Source: Eledone cirrhosa
Taxonomy: Eukaryota
Assembly (NCBI GenBank): GCA_964016885.1
Contig: OZ024762.1
Location: 21,452,001 to 21,516,000, forward strand
Length of the DNA: 64,000 nt
Direction: 5' to 3'
Below the pieces are notes generated by a model that did not search any database, was not told where the DNA came from, and saw only the letters and a program-made list of their open reading frames with translations. Position numbers and translations under genes: made by a program. Of the stretch, positions 13,946 to 29,565 are shown piece by piece. Each line of letters opens with the position of its first letter. The stretch's first letter is position 1.

Positions 13946-14578
13946 AAAGCACACGCACACACACATACACACACACACACACACACATCCATATATATAT
14001 ATATATATACATACACACACACACACGCATATATATATATATATATGTGTATATATATATATATTCTATCCTCTGTGCTAACCGCTCCCACCAATTCACC
14101 ATCTTACATACTTACATACTTACATACTTACATACTTACATACTTACATCTGGCGTGTTGCTAGCTTAAGTCCTTATCATAACCGTAATCATGATGCAAA
14201 ATGTTTAACATATCAGGTTTTGTTTAAAACTAAACTGTAGGAAAAAAAAAGCGGGCATAAACGTTCTTTTGTTTAGTGTAAAGGATTCCTAACTTAGATA
14301 CAAGGACTTATAAAACAAACTGACGTAGAAAAGAGAAAGAAAAATTAATGCAGCAATGTGTGGGATTTTGACTGTCGGCCATATTGTTTTAGGTTCCATA
14401 TTTCATTAGGTAGGCATTAGATACAGCAGATTCTCCGTGGTAAAGATTGCTTGGAGGAAATAATAATAACTTGCATTAAAATGTTAGGAATGTTCAAGTT
14501 AAATGTATGTATATACGTACGTATATTCTATCTATCTATCTGTCTGTCTGTTTGTCCATCTGTCTCTCTGTATGCCTC

Positions 14579-14638
<60 letters not shown>

Positions 14639-14719
14639 TGTATATATATATGGTGTATATATATCTATATATATCACTATATATATATTATATTTATATA
14701 TGTATACACTACATATATA

Positions 14720-14774
<55 letters not shown>

Positions 14775-14829
14775 TATATGTGTGTATATATATAAATATA
14801 AGCTCACACTCATACACACACACATAAAT

Positions 14830-14899
<70 letters not shown>

Positions 14900-14902
<3 letters not shown>

Positions 14903-15100
14903 AAACTAGTCAGGACCCCAACGGGTGAGTTCCGGCCGTTTCGACAGCTAGTTCTGAACTGAGTCCAGAACCAGCTGTCGAAACGGCCGTCGGTCAGCCG
15001 TCGGGGTCCTGACTCGTTTCCTATTTCCCACTCTACTACTCATAGTACCGAGTACTCTGGTGCGTTATGGTCCACCTGGTTCCTTACCACACTTCCTTCG

Positions 15101-15102
<2 letters not shown>
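14900..15102 (+). mobile_element. Family B copy with 5' inversion
   Basis: Imperfect palindrome 14900-15023, then tatggtccacctggttccttaccacacttccttcgtt-(AT)n. Confidence 0.8.
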
Positions 15103-15137
<35 letters not shown>

Positions 15138-15195
15138 ATTTTGATAACTTTGATCTCGGCCAGTACTAACCCATTCCGTGTCTAACTTAATAGCA

Positions 15196-15245
<50 letters not shown>

Positions 15246-15341
15246 TAGTATGTAGATTCCATAGTTGTATCAGCCACAGTTAAGAAGGTACTCAATACTT
15301 TGGTACCCCACCAAGGTTTCTTGGTGAGGAGGGTGACTTTG

Positions 15342-15820
15342 GACATCCTGCAGGATTAAAAACAAAACCTATCAAAGGGCTCTTAAGAGTCAATGGCCAT
15401 CCAAAATCACCGGGAGTGATGACCCCTTAGCCTTTGTCAAGGCAGAATTCTAGAAGGAAAACTCTGATATAACACCTGCAACCCTGATGGTATCCAATGA
15501 TGTTGACTTGTTCTTCTTTTTGGTAAATATCATCTTGGTTAAGAGAGTGGGACTGGCTTTGTACAGTGCATTTGCTCACTATAAAAGCTTCACGGCACAG
15601 GCATTGTTTTATATCTGGAGATCTCTCTGCACTTGTCGTCACATGGTACCATGGGCCCAGCACTTTGTGTCAATAATTGTCACAAGTGTAGTGTTTGTAC
15701 CAGAGTTTTCAAGTCGCTGGCTGGACTAAAAAGTTACACTCGTTCAGCGCATTGGTAGGGGTTCTCCTCCATGGATATAAAGTAGTGGCCGTACTCGAAA
15801 ACGAGTTGGTAGCTACCATA
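15342..15820 (+). mobile_element. ~480-bp non-coding repeat, family C (putative RTE-derived non-autonomous element)
   Basis: Near-identical copy at 52028-52513; contains ctag(ga)gaaggaaaactctgatat and a terminal hairpin ggccgtactcgaaaacgagttgg before a simple-repeat tail. Confidence 0.7.
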
Positions 15821-16340
15821 TGAATATGTGTAGGAAAAGATTGTTTGCATGCGTGTGTGTGAGTGCAAGCGAAAAGCATCATTGTTATTTAAGGTTGGAA
15901 GCTTTGATAGCGAACAACGAAGCAACCATTGTATCATTCCACTATACTACTATTCCACCAGTCTACCAATTCATATAATCTTGTATGTCAGCTCTGAACA
16001 GATGATGTAATACTAGAGTTAAAATGTTTAAGCAAGTCTCATAGTGTTAAAGAAGAATTAAGCGTGAGAGCAATATCGTTACTACAACACTGCACCGAGT
16101 TTTTACGACGCCATAGTTACATGTCTTCAGACAGATTAAGAATTACATAACTATTATGACGGCTTTCTCTCACTCTCTCTTACTCTCTTTCACACCCACA
16201 ATCACACTCTTTCTACCTGTATATATATAGTAACTTGTTTCACCCACTTTAAGGGTCTTCATTCTGTTGTATAAGCAATTCTATAGCATTTCCGCGCATG
16301 AGTGCGCCGCTCTTTATATATATATATTATATATATATAC

Positions 16341-16683
<343 letters not shown>

Positions 16684-16773
16684 AAGAATTCCCGAGTTCA
16701 ATCGGGTGTACCCACAATTAGTAAGGTACTCAATACATTATTAGAGAGTAAACATCAATTTTAATATAGAAAT

Positions 16774-16825
16774 GGCTTCTACAGGACTAGAACTGTTTCA
16801 TTCAAAAGAAATCATCGGGAAGGCC
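16774..16825 (-). ncRNA. Type I hammerhead motif, family A, variant core CCGAUGA
   Basis: Reverse complement ggccttc CCGATGA tttcttttgaat GAAA cag ttctagtc ctGTA gaagcc; inside element ~16685-16835. Confidence 0.65.
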
Positions 16826-16994
16826 TCCAGTTTCAGTATATATATATATACACACACACGCACACCTCACCTACACCCATACAGGGACTATACACGCACA
16901 CACATACACCCCACTCCAACATACACAATGGTTTTTCAAACGCCACAATCACATACACTCGCTTCATCCCAGACTCTCACACTTACATCCACGC

Positions 16995-17072
<78 letters not shown>

Positions 17073-17164
17073 ACACCCACACACACACACCCACACCTTA
17101 CCTTCCACTATGCCTGTTCGGACTCAAATTTTCTTTTAACATTATGATCTTATAGTACAGTAAT

Positions 17165-17281
17165 AATTGTTTATACTTTTGGCACAAGGCCACCAATTAT
17201 CCCAGTATATTACTGGTACTTTATTTTATCGACCCCGTGAGGATGAAAGGCAAAGTTAACCTCGGCGGGATTTGAACTCAG
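17165..17281 (-). mobile_element. SINE family 1, head-truncated
   Basis: Matches family consensus up to the B box. Confidence 0.85.
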
Positions 17282-17476
17282 TACAGTAATAATATTCGTT
17301 AAAATACGGCTCTGCGGTTCGGTTTCAAATCTCGGCTGGTGACGCCATCGTTTGAATTTTATTCGGATAATTGATGCTATTGAGAAAGGCGGAAACATCA
17401 AGCAATCTCAATTTCCAGTTCGAAGATATATCTGAAGAGTCTTGTAATCTCAGGAAGAATTCGATATTGCTTTAAC

Positions 17477-17606
<130 letters not shown>

Positions 17607-17621
17607 CATATATGTATATAT

Positions 17622-17817
17622 AGCGAGGGAAAAGTGGTAAGGAACCAGGTGGACCATAACGCACCAAAGTACTCAATACTTAGGGTAGTAGAGTGGGTAA
17701 TAGGAGTAAGTAAGACCCCGACGGCTGAGCTCAAGCCGTTTCGACGGCTAATTCTGTACTGAGTACAGAATTAGCCATCGAAACGGCTTGAGCTCAGCCG
17801 TCGGGGTCTTACTTACT

Positions 17818-17823
<6 letters not shown>
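17622..17823 (-). mobile_element. Family B copy with fold-back palindrome
   Basis: Palindrome 17700-17823 centred on gtactgagtac; (TA)n on both sides. Confidence 0.82.
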
Positions 17824-17880
<57 letters not shown>

Positions 17881-17885
17881 GTTAA

Positions 17886-17971
<86 letters not shown>

Positions 17972-18061
17972 TTATAATAATCAAAGTTCAGTTTAAATCA
18001 TTTATTTGCTTACAATTGTTTCCTCCATTATATACATAACCATAAATAGTATCCTTAATAC

Positions 18062-18097
<36 letters not shown>

Positions 18098-18127
18098 TTA
18101 CAGAGTGAACAACACAAAATATAACTA

Positions 18128-18195
18128 CTCCATTACCAAAGGTTTCTGGATCACAGACGATAATAATATATGTCTGGATCAGTCGTCAGACAGAG
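18128..18195 (-). ncRNA. Type I hammerhead motif, family D
   Basis: Reverse complement ctctgt CTGACGA [ctgatc cagac..gtctg t gatcca] GAAA cc ttt gGTA atggag; stem I 6 bp including 2 G-U pairs. Confidence 0.7.
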
Positions 18196-18300
18196 ATGTT
18201 AGGTTGTGTTGTTCACTTTCTAATTAAATAGCTCTGTTCTATACATAGAGCACTCTTTTTTCCTTTGCTTTTCCTTTGGAATTACGTAACACCCCCTCCC

Positions 18301-18347
<47 letters not shown>

Positions 18348-18488
18348 ATGTAGAATGGTAACATACGGGTTGATATATATATAAATCCTCTCCAGTCACA
18401 ACAAAGCCATTAGCAGAATAGGATGGACAGACAAAATGACTTTCTTCTCTGAAGGATCACGTATGTGAAAATTAACTTTTCTTCCCCT

Positions 18489-18533
<45 letters not shown>

Positions 18534-18688
18534 TTGTTATTATCATTATTTTCACTATTTGTACAAATATGTAACGTCACAATATTCTACTTATCCGCAA
18601 TTGACAATGCATTTAATGCTGAAACCGGTATTGTAAATAAATTAATGCTTTCTACAGAAATTATTTTTTTCCTTTCTACTATTTGTTC

Positions 18689-19065
<377 letters not shown>

Positions 19066-19406
19066 ATGTATGTGTGTATGTATGTATGTATGTATGTATG
19101 TATGTATGTATGTATGTATGTATGTATGTATGTATGTATGTATGAATGTATGTATGTATATAGTATGTATGTATATAGTATGTATGTGTGTATGAATGTA
19201 TATATGCATGTATGTATGGGTGGAAGAACTCACGAAAGTCAATGGCCTTCCGACATTGTTTAAACACACATACATACACACGTACACTCACATACATACA
19301 CGCATACACACACACACGCACGCACACATTGATACATAGACACATTCACACACATACATACATACATACATACATACATACATACATACATACATACATA
19401 CATACA

Positions 19407-19437
<31 letters not shown>

Positions 19438-19547
19438 GAATAGTATTCTCTGAAGAAAAAAAAACCTTTTGATAACCTCTGATCAAATTTACTGACTAAA
19501 CAATGTACCGCCACTGAATTAGACGTTACCTTTTTAAATTAGTTCTC

Positions 19548-19880
19548 ACTGTTGTTGTTGTTGTTGTTGTTGCTGTTATTGCTGTTGTTATTTTTGCTGT
19601 TGTTGCTGTTGTTGTTGTTATTGTTGCTGTTGTTGCTGTTCTTGTTGTTGTTGTTGTTGTTGTTGCTGTTGCTGTAGTTATTATTGTTGCTATTGTTATT
19701 GTTGTTGTTATTGTTGTTGTTGTTGTTGTTGTTATCGTTGCTGTTTTTGTTGCTGTTGTTGCTGTAGTTGTTATCGTTGCTGTTGCTGTTGTTGTTTTTT
19801 GTTGTCATTGTTGCTGTTGTGGTTGTTGTTGTTGCTATTGTTGCTGTTGTTATTGCTTACGTTACAGTTGTTGTTGTTCA
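19548..19880. repeat. Degenerate (GTT/GCT)n microsatellite
   Basis: Direct reading. Confidence 0.95.
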
Positions 19881-20039
19881 TGAAATGTGATTTTGTTTTT
19901 CTTTCGGTAAATCTGATCTGGTGATTGAGCAAAGAACCAATAAGACTGAATACGGGGGGAAGTAATTGCATTAACGTATCTAGATTTAATAACAGACTTC
20001 AAATAATATTTATAATTTACATAGATATTCAATGTAGTA

Positions 20040-20480
20040 GTGATGGCGATGATGATGATGATGGTGATGGCGATGGTATTAATAGTATTGATGACGGCAA
20101 TAGTGATGATGATGATGGTGGTGGTGGTGATGATGATGATGATGATGGTGATGATGATGGTATTAATAGTATTGATGACGGCAATAGTGATGATGATGGT
20201 GGTGGTGGTGGTGATGATGATGATGATGATGGTGATGATGGTGATGGTGATGGAAGTGGTGACGATGATCATGGTATTAATAGTATTGATGACGGCAATA
20301 GTGATGATGATGATGGTGGTGGTGGTGGTGATGATGATGGTGATGATGGTGATGATTGTTAGAATGATGATGATGATGATGGTGATGATGGTGATGGTGA
20401 TGGAAGTGGTGATGATGATGATGGTATTAATAGTATTGATGACGGCACTGATTTCTTTTAATGATGATGATGATGGTGAA
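20040..20480. repeat. (GAT/GGT)n tract with higher-order unit
   Basis: ggtattaatagtattgatgacggca recurs four times. Confidence 0.9.
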
Positions 20481-20530
20481 GCGAGTAATGATAATAATAA
20501 ACGAAACAACAATGATACACACACACACAT

Positions 20531-20607
<77 letters not shown>

Positions 20608-21757
20608 CGAGAGAGAGAGAGAGAGAGATAGAGAGAGAGTTTGTGTGTGTATGTGTGTGAAAAATTACAGATAGATATTCAAGAACACGCATATACACAC
20701 AATCACATAAACACTGATACAGTTATATAAATGCTCACACACACACACACATAGACACACACACATAGACAGTGCAATTAATGACACACACATGTATATT
20801 AACATACACATCTATATTCACACACATATGTATACTTACACTCACGAAAACACATTCATATATTCACACGCACAGACAGTCGACCTAACACATACACACA
20901 CACAGACACACAGACATATATAGACAAATGGACACACCCACAACATATATACACACATACAAACACACACAGACACACATACGTAAACACATACACTCTC
21001 AGACACACAGTCGTACACACAGAAACACAGGCACACATATATATAAACACATACACACATACGGAAACACATAAACACACACATATACATAAACACACAC
21101 ACACACACACACACTCGGACATCCACACAGACCCACAATCATACATACATAAACACATACACACACGGAAACAGATAAACACATACATAAACACACAAAC
21201 ACAGACATCCACACAAACACACAATCGCCCACACAGTCACACATACATAAACACAGACACACACACGGACACACCATAGGCATACACGCAGACACATAGA
21301 CACGCTTGCATAAACACATACACACAGACACACAGGCATACACACAGACACATAGACACGCTTGCATAAACACATACACACAGACACACAGGCATACACA
21401 CGGACACACATACATAAAGACCTACACACAGACCCATATACATAAACATATGCACACAGAGACCCACACATACTCACAGACATACTAACATACACACATA
21501 AATAAACACAGACACACATACACATAGAGACTCATACAAACCCACACATAGATACACCCACACAGTAATAGAAATAAAGCCGCTTATTGTAGTAAAGGTG
21601 TAGGAATGTTTTAGTCATGGTAGAAGGAATAGCTTGGAACTGTGTCTATGGCGTGTTGCGGCATTTAATGTTGGTTTTTACCGTTTTACGGTGCCAGCAA
21701 TTGTTGGTTGGACATCTTGGTTGACTTAACCTTGTCTTCTACCTTTATTTCTCTCTC

Positions 21758-21837
<80 letters not shown>

Positions 21838-21867
21838 TCTCTCTCTCTCTCTTTCCATCTCTCTCTC

Positions 21868-21910
<43 letters not shown>

Positions 21911-21952
21911 GTGTATGTGTATCTAAATATTTGTATTTTTTTATTTTTAAAT

Positions 21953-22023
<71 letters not shown>

Positions 22024-22042
22024 ATAATTTATATATATAATT

Positions 22043-22074
<32 letters not shown>

Positions 22075-22137
22075 AGTATATATATATATATATGTGTGTG
22101 TGTGTATATATATATGTATTTTTTTATTTTTTATTTT

Positions 22138-22248
<111 letters not shown>

Positions 22249-22499
22249 TACGTGAATCAAAGTTCAGTTTAAATCATTTATTTGCTTACAATTGTTTCTA
22301 TATAACTGCTCTGTAAAACAACTGATGTTATTACATTGAGCTATTTATCTTACTGGTAATAAGGTAGTAATGAATTACTGTCTTTCACTATTTAGAGTTT
22401 AAAATATATATAACTATAAAAGGTTTTATTATATACATAACCATAAATAGTATCCTTAATACTATATATATTTATATATATATATATGTATATTTAAAT

Positions 22500-22590
22500 T
22501 TTTCTTTCTGATGAACGATTTCAGACGTCTCTATTGAGGTCGCCTGTCTTCGTGAAACCTTTGGATAATGGAATAATTGTATTGTGTTGT
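22500..22590 (+). ncRNA. Degenerate family D hammerhead copy
   Basis: CTGATGA acga..tcgt GAAA cctttgg(a)ta atgg: extra A before the cleavage triplet, poor stem I. Confidence 0.45.
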
Positions 22591-22617
22591 TTATTACATA
22601 AAAAAAACACAAAAAGA

Positions 22618-22655
<38 letters not shown>

Positions 22656-22685
22656 TACATTATATATATATATATTCCTGATTCC

Positions 22686-22740
22686 TGAGATTCCTGATGA
22701 TTTCTCAAGAATGAAACAGTTCTAGTCCTGTAGAATCTCA
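22686..22740 (+). ncRNA. Type I hammerhead ribozyme motif, family A (best copy)
   Basis: tgagattc CTGATGA tttctcaagaat GAAA cag ttctagtc ctGTA gaatctca: perfect 8-bp stem I, canonical core, GUA triplet; element continues to ~22830 then (TA)n. Confidence 0.85.
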
Positions 22741-23514
22741 TCTATATTAAAACTTACTTTTATACTCTGCTATGTATTGAGTACCTTACTTACTGTGGTT
22801 ACCTCCGATTCAACCCGGAATAACTTACCTATATTTATATATATATATATATATATATATGTAATTATTATTATTATTGTCGTTATTAGGTTTTTTTTTC
22901 GTGCAGTGGCCATACTCGATAACGAAGGAACAGCCATTATGTATGTATGCATGTGTGCATTATGTATGTAAATATGTATATAAGTATGTGTATGTATGTT
23001 TGTATGTATGTGTATGCATGTATGTATACATGTATGCATTATGTATGTAAATATGTATATAAGTATGTGTATGTATGTAAGTATACATGTATGCATTAAG
23101 TATGTAAAATATGTATATAAGTATGTGTGTGTATGTATGCATGTATGTACGTATGCATATACGTATCTATATATATCTATCTATGAATGTATATGTATAT
23201 GTGTATGTATATATGTATGTATGTGTGTGTATATGTGTGTATATATTTATGTATGTATGTATATATGTGTATATATATATGTACGTAGGTATGTATATAT
23301 GTGTGTATATATGAATGTGTGTATGTATATGTATATATATATATATGTATGTATGTATGGGTGTGTGTTTATACATCTGTATATGTGCGCCATTAATAGG
23401 TTTCTCTTGTAGAATATATTTAATTGGATTAGTAATACTAGTTAACTGTATCAAAGTATTGTTTGTTATTTTGTCTGAAGTTTATTAATATCTATACTTA
23501 TAAATACTAATCCC

Positions 23515-23574
<60 letters not shown>

Positions 23575-23711
23575 AATGAAAGTACAGCATATTCGAAGCT
23601 CGAGCTGCATAATATATGTATATATATGCATGTATATATATATGTTATATATATATATATATATATATGGATATATACATATATATACATATATATATAT
23701 GTGTGTGTGTG

Positions 23712-23770
<59 letters not shown>

Positions 23771-24548
23771 GTATGTATATATATATATATACATACAAAC
23801 ATATATATATATAAAACATTGATATATTTAATACATACACATATTCATTTTAATATATTCATTTAAAATATAATGTTTAGAAGCTGAGAATTTTTTTTTA
23901 TTTATAAGAAATCAGAAATTTTCACAATTTACTCCAACTATGACAATATAATGAGATGAGTGTGTTTCTCTTCCCCCTTCTCACCCCTCTCTGTGCCTGT
24001 GTAATATCCGGTGGAATTCTCTTTTTTTTTCTTGAATAACATCATTATAGCATTATCCATCGCTTAACTTTCTCAGGAATTCGTATCCAAACGAACTCAT
24101 GGTAGAGATATCTAAATTGAATTTTCCTAGCAGTCAGTCGATAAATAGAAATCTAAGCGAATATAAATCCCGCCAGTAACCGGCAGACTTGAAACAATAA
24201 GATTAAAAGTAGAGAGAATGCCAAATAGCGCCACAGGAAAATAACAGATAGGTTAAATCGTGGAAAATGGTCTTTAGTGGGGCATCAGAGAAAAGTTATA
24301 GATTGGTGATCAGATAGTCTGTTGTAAAAGAAACAAAACGTATTCTTATTTCAAGGTATAGAAGTATTATTAGGTGAAAAAGAAAGAAAGAAAGACAATA
24401 ACAGCTAAATAAGAAGGAAATGAAAAACAAAATGGAAGTCAATAGATATTTAAGAATTTCGATAAAAGTTTCTGGAAAGTTAACAAGTCACTTCCGTTCA
24501 AATTGGACACCGCTGATAAAATATCTGATATTTTCCTAACAAACGCTT

Positions 24549-24645
<97 letters not shown>

Positions 24646-24699
24646 CTTATATACATATATATATATTCATTGTATGATCTTTGCCATGCAGAACACAAG

Positions 24700-24828
<129 letters not shown>

Positions 24829-24959
24829 ATATAGTATATTTACACATATATATATGTATATATGTATATGTATATATATATGTGTGTGTGCATATATATG
24901 TATATATATATATATATGCATATATATATATGTGTGTATATATATATGAGTGTGTGTAT

Positions 24960-25330
24960 TAGAGTGGGTAATAGGAACGAGTAGGACCCCGACGGCTGAG
25001 CTCAAGCCGTTTCGACGGCTAATTCTGGACTAAATTTAGTCGAGAATTAGCCGTCGAAACGTCTTGAGCTCAGCCGTCGGGGTCCTACTCGTTCCTATAT
25101 ATATATATATATATACATATACATACATATATATATATAAGTATATAAGGAACCAGATGGACCATAACGCACCAGAGTACTCAATACTTAGGGTAGTAGA
25201 GTGGGTAATAGGAATATGTATGACCCCGACGGCAGAGCTCAAACCGTTTCGACGGCTATTTCTGGACTCCGTCCAGAAATAGCCGTGGAAACGGTTTGAG
25301 CTCTGCGGTCGGGGTCATACATTTTCCTAT
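24960..25330 (-). mobile_element. Two adjacent family B copies, each with a fold-back palindrome
   Basis: Palindromes 24971-25099 and ~25208-25330 separated by (TA)n. Confidence 0.82.
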
Positions 25331-25604
25331 ATATATATATATTTACATATATATATGTATGTAAATATATATATATATATATATATATATACAGTATTTT
25401 CCGTTGTGTTGTAATATAAATATTACACACAGTAGATTGACAGCTCACGTAGAGTTTGCTCGACGGTTCCAGTTGTAGTTCCAAAAGTAATCCGGAGAAA
25501 AATAGAAAGATTTGAATGGATAGCAGCTGTTTTCAGGTTATGTAACTGTTATAGAAACACGTGTCAATAAATTCCTTTCAACTAAACTGTATCCATTCAA
25601 ATCT

Positions 25605-25741
<137 letters not shown>

Positions 25742-25924
25742 GTATGTGTGTGTGTATAAAGTTCATAATCTCCACTGTAGTATTTAATAGGTATTTTATT
25801 TTAGTGAACTCGGAAGTGATTTAAACTCAATGCAAAGAACCGGAACAAATACAGCGATAGCATTTTATCCAACAATACCAATTCTGCCAATCTACCACCA
25901 TCTTAACAACAATAATAACAATTA

Positions 25925-26900
25925 TGATTTCGACTATTGGCACAAGGCCAGCATTTTTTTGGAGGAGGGGGGGGTAGATAAATCGTCTTCAATGCGTTAC
26001 TGGTACTTTATTTTATCGACTTCGTAAGACTGAAAGGCAAAGCTAACTTCGCTGGGATTTGAACTCATAATAATGCTTTCTGATTTAGGCACAAAGCCAG
26101 TAATTACGGGGGAAGAGAGGATAGATTAAATCGATACTAGTGCATTACTGGTACTTTATTTTATCGACCTGGTAAGGATGAAAGGTAAATCTAACTCGAC
26201 GGGATTTGAAATCAGAACGTAAAGGGCCGTAACTAAATGCTGCAAAGCATGGTGTCTGAAGCTCTACCGATGAATAAAGATTTATACTATAGACACAAGG
26301 CTAGTAATTTGGGAAGAGGTAAAAGTCGATTAAATCGACCCCAGTGTATTACTGGTACTTTATTTTATCAACCCCGTAAGGATGAAAGGTAAAGTTAACC
26401 TCGACAGGATTTGAACTCAGATCATAAAGGGCCGTAACTCTATGCTGCAAACCATGGTGTCTGACGCTCTACCGATAGATAATAATTGTTTCTACTTTTG
26501 GTACAAGGCCAGCAATTATCCCAGTGCATTACTGGTACTTTATTTTATCGACACCGTAAGAATGAATGGCAAAGTTAACCTCGACGGGATTTGAACTCAG
26601 AATGGCAAGGGCCGTAACTCTATGCGTCAAAGCATGGCGTCCGATCCTCCACCGATACTGCCAATCCAACGACCCTTAATGATAATAATTGTATGTTCTA
26701 TTAGTTCAAAGCCAACATAATTTCTAAGTTAGGCACAAGACCAACAGTTTGTAGGGAGAGTACGTCGACCTCAGTATTTTACTGGTACTTTGTTTCACCG
26801 GGCACAAACCCATGAAAGGCAAAGTTAACATCGTCGGCTGGATTTGAAGAAACAACACAATAGTATTTTCTTCGACGCTCTACCAATTCTGCCAATCCAT
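25925..26900 (-). mobile_element. Head-to-tail array of ~5 SINE family 1 copies
   Basis: Repeating cacaaggcca..ttactggtactttattttatcgac..aaagttaacctc..ggatttgaactc units. Confidence 0.88.
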
Positions 26901-27574
26901 TATCCTCTTTTGGCTGTATATAAATAACGATTTTCTTCTCTATTGTTAAGACTGTTTGTTAAATTCTATAAGGTATGTTGTCACGTAATAGGTTTATTCT
27001 CTTGTTTTATCTTTCTTGCGATGTTCTGAGAATGCTGAAACTAGTTATCAAATTAATACTCCGTCTCTTGAACAACAAAAAAATAAACAAACAAAAACAA
27101 AAACAAAAAAGACGATGCATTACGATTTCTTTCTATTTTTTGTTTATTGCTAACTAACAATGGAATTTTCTAAATGAATAGAAATGCTACTAGCTATGAA
27201 AACTTAGCAATTTTCACGATAATAATGAAAGAAAGAAAAAATGAAAAAATGAAAGTTGAACAATTTTTGAGGTTTTCCGTTGAAGTTTAGCTTCAATAGA
27301 AATATGAAAGCTTGTCTTATAACTTGTTATTAACGGTGATTGACTTAAGAAGAATTCGTAAAATGTGAAATTCGAAATGTGTTCGTTCCAATGTAAAGGA
27401 CAACAAAAATAGTCGATCTCTATGAAATATAGCTGAGAAAATGGAGTAAAGTACACTTGGAGACGAAGAAAAAAGAGGAAAGAGAGTTTGCAAGGAATTG
27501 AAACATTTAACTCTCAGGTGTGTGTGTGTGTGACAGCTCACACCTATGCAGGTTTAGTTGGCCTCTTCCAAAGT

Positions 27575-27775
27575 ACACGATGTTGGAGGTGTCTTGGGTG
27601 ATTTAATGATAGGGACCCCAGTCCTATCATCTCATTTCTACAGCTGAGTAAACTGGAGCAACGTGAAATAAAGTGTCTTGCGCAAGAAAACAACACGTCA
27701 CCCGGTCCGAGAATTGAACTCACAACCTTTCGATTCCAAGCCGAATGCTTTAACCACTAAGCCATGCGCCTTCAG
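27575..27775 (-). mobile_element. tRNA-derived SINE family 2 (Octopus OR-like)
   Basis: Reverse complement gaaggcgca tggcttagtggttaa..gagttcaattc (A/B boxes), then gcaagacactttatttcacgttgctccag; near-identical copy at 56305-56492. Confidence 0.85.
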
Positions 27776-27956
27776 GTTCTGAGCGATTGTGCTAAAGATG
27801 CGCTGGCTATTAAGTGGGTTTTTTTTTTAAAATAAAATTTTAAGACTTTAGATAAAAGTATAATCAGCGTGGTGGAGTTAGGAAGTATTGGGGTGGGGGG
27901 TGGGGGTGAAATGTGTGCGTTTCAATGCAAATCTCCACGACAATGGATCGCTCTAA

Positions 27957-28105
27957 CAGACCTGTCAACTCTCCTCGTCCGACGGGGAGATCCCCTCCCT
28001 ACTTAGGGTGGGTGAGGAGAGATGTCTTCTCTTGTGAAAATGGGTATAGATTTCATTATGTATAACTACCCCATTTTGCCTCATTTCTCCCCGTTTTGGG
28101 GCACA
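27957..28105. mobile_element. Copy of the MITE at 40460-40656 in opposite orientation, one clear terminus
   Basis: Starts cagacctgtcaact; internal sequence aligns with the reverse complement of 40510-40656. Confidence 0.7.
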
Positions 28106-28603
28106 AAATTGCTTGAATTGCACCCTAGGGACGGGGGAAAGTAGACTGAGGCGCTTATGAATAATCGAACGAGTCAATTCTTTTAGAAAATCAAAGATTA
28201 GCTAGGGACATTACTGAACAGTGTTTACACTTTTTTGTGTCATCTATTAAAACGACAAAGATAACATTATGTACATGAACTAAAAACATTCAGAAGACAG
28301 TCTGTATTAATGAAATTGAATCTAGATCTACAAGATTGTGAAACTACATAAATATATAAAATATATAAATTTAAAACCCCACCAGAATATGGTAGATATA
28401 GAAATTAATTATTGAAATATTGCATTAGACATTTTCTCCTCAAAGAAAACAAAAAAAAGCTAACAAAAGAAATGAACGATAATGACTACATTTTTACCTG
28501 AAGAGATAATCCGTAATTATAATAAGGTATTGAATTAGGAAGGAAAACAAAATCAGAAACATACAAAGAAAGTAAAACAGAAAGTCTGAAAAGTTAATGG
28601 CTG

Positions 28604-28845
<242 letters not shown>

Positions 28846-29051
28846 AGTAAGAATATTTTCGAAACAGCGAGTTGATTTGAAATTATTAGAAATGTTAGCT
28901 ATCGCCGTATTTTGACTAACAATTAAAGAAATTATTTAGCCTGATAGTGGGGTTAAGAACGCTCGGAGAAATGGAAAAAGATGAGTATTGACGTACATAT
29001 GTATATATACAATATATTAACAAATGGAAACTATATTTATAAAACCATATT

Positions 29052-29116
29052 TATTTCATTATACATATTTCAAGGACACCAAAGCAAATTATGGTTCGCT
29101 TTCATCAGATAAAATA
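29052..29116 (-). ncRNA. Type I hammerhead motif, family E
   Basis: Reverse complement tattttat CTGATGA aag..acca..tggt..ctt GAAA tatgt ATA atgaaata; 8-bp stem I; self-complementary stem III AUAUGUAU. Confidence 0.75.
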
Positions 29117-29272
29117 TTATATAGATCAGTTTTATAAACAAATATTTATAAACAAATATTGACATACCCTTATATCAGTTATAAAAATATTTGCTTGTTG
29201 TATCCCAACAAATTAAATATAACTTCTACACATATATATATATATATATTTATATATGTATACATATATATA

Positions 29273-29366
<94 letters not shown>

Positions 29367-29372
29367 GTATAC

Positions 29373-29428
<56 letters not shown>

Positions 29429-29434
29429 GTATAC

Positions 29435-29494
<60 letters not shown>

Positions 29495-29500
29495 GTATAC

Positions 29501-29565
<65 letters not shown>

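Noticed and set aside
15300-15345. HDV-like ribozyme upstream of family C
   Set aside because: Only a simple hairpin found; the nested double pseudoknot could not be built
15487-15729. 80-aa hydrophobic ORF conserved at 52181-52423
   Set aside because: Conservation reflects recent repeat copies; the frame is not kept in the related 38475-39075 subfamily
19862-20698. Asp/Gly- and Ile/Thr-rich ORFs
   Set aside because: (GAT/GGT)n repeat artefact
25925-26900. CRISPR-like array
   Set aside because: Units are ~150-200-bp SINE copies with no unique spacers; eukaryotic context, no cas genes
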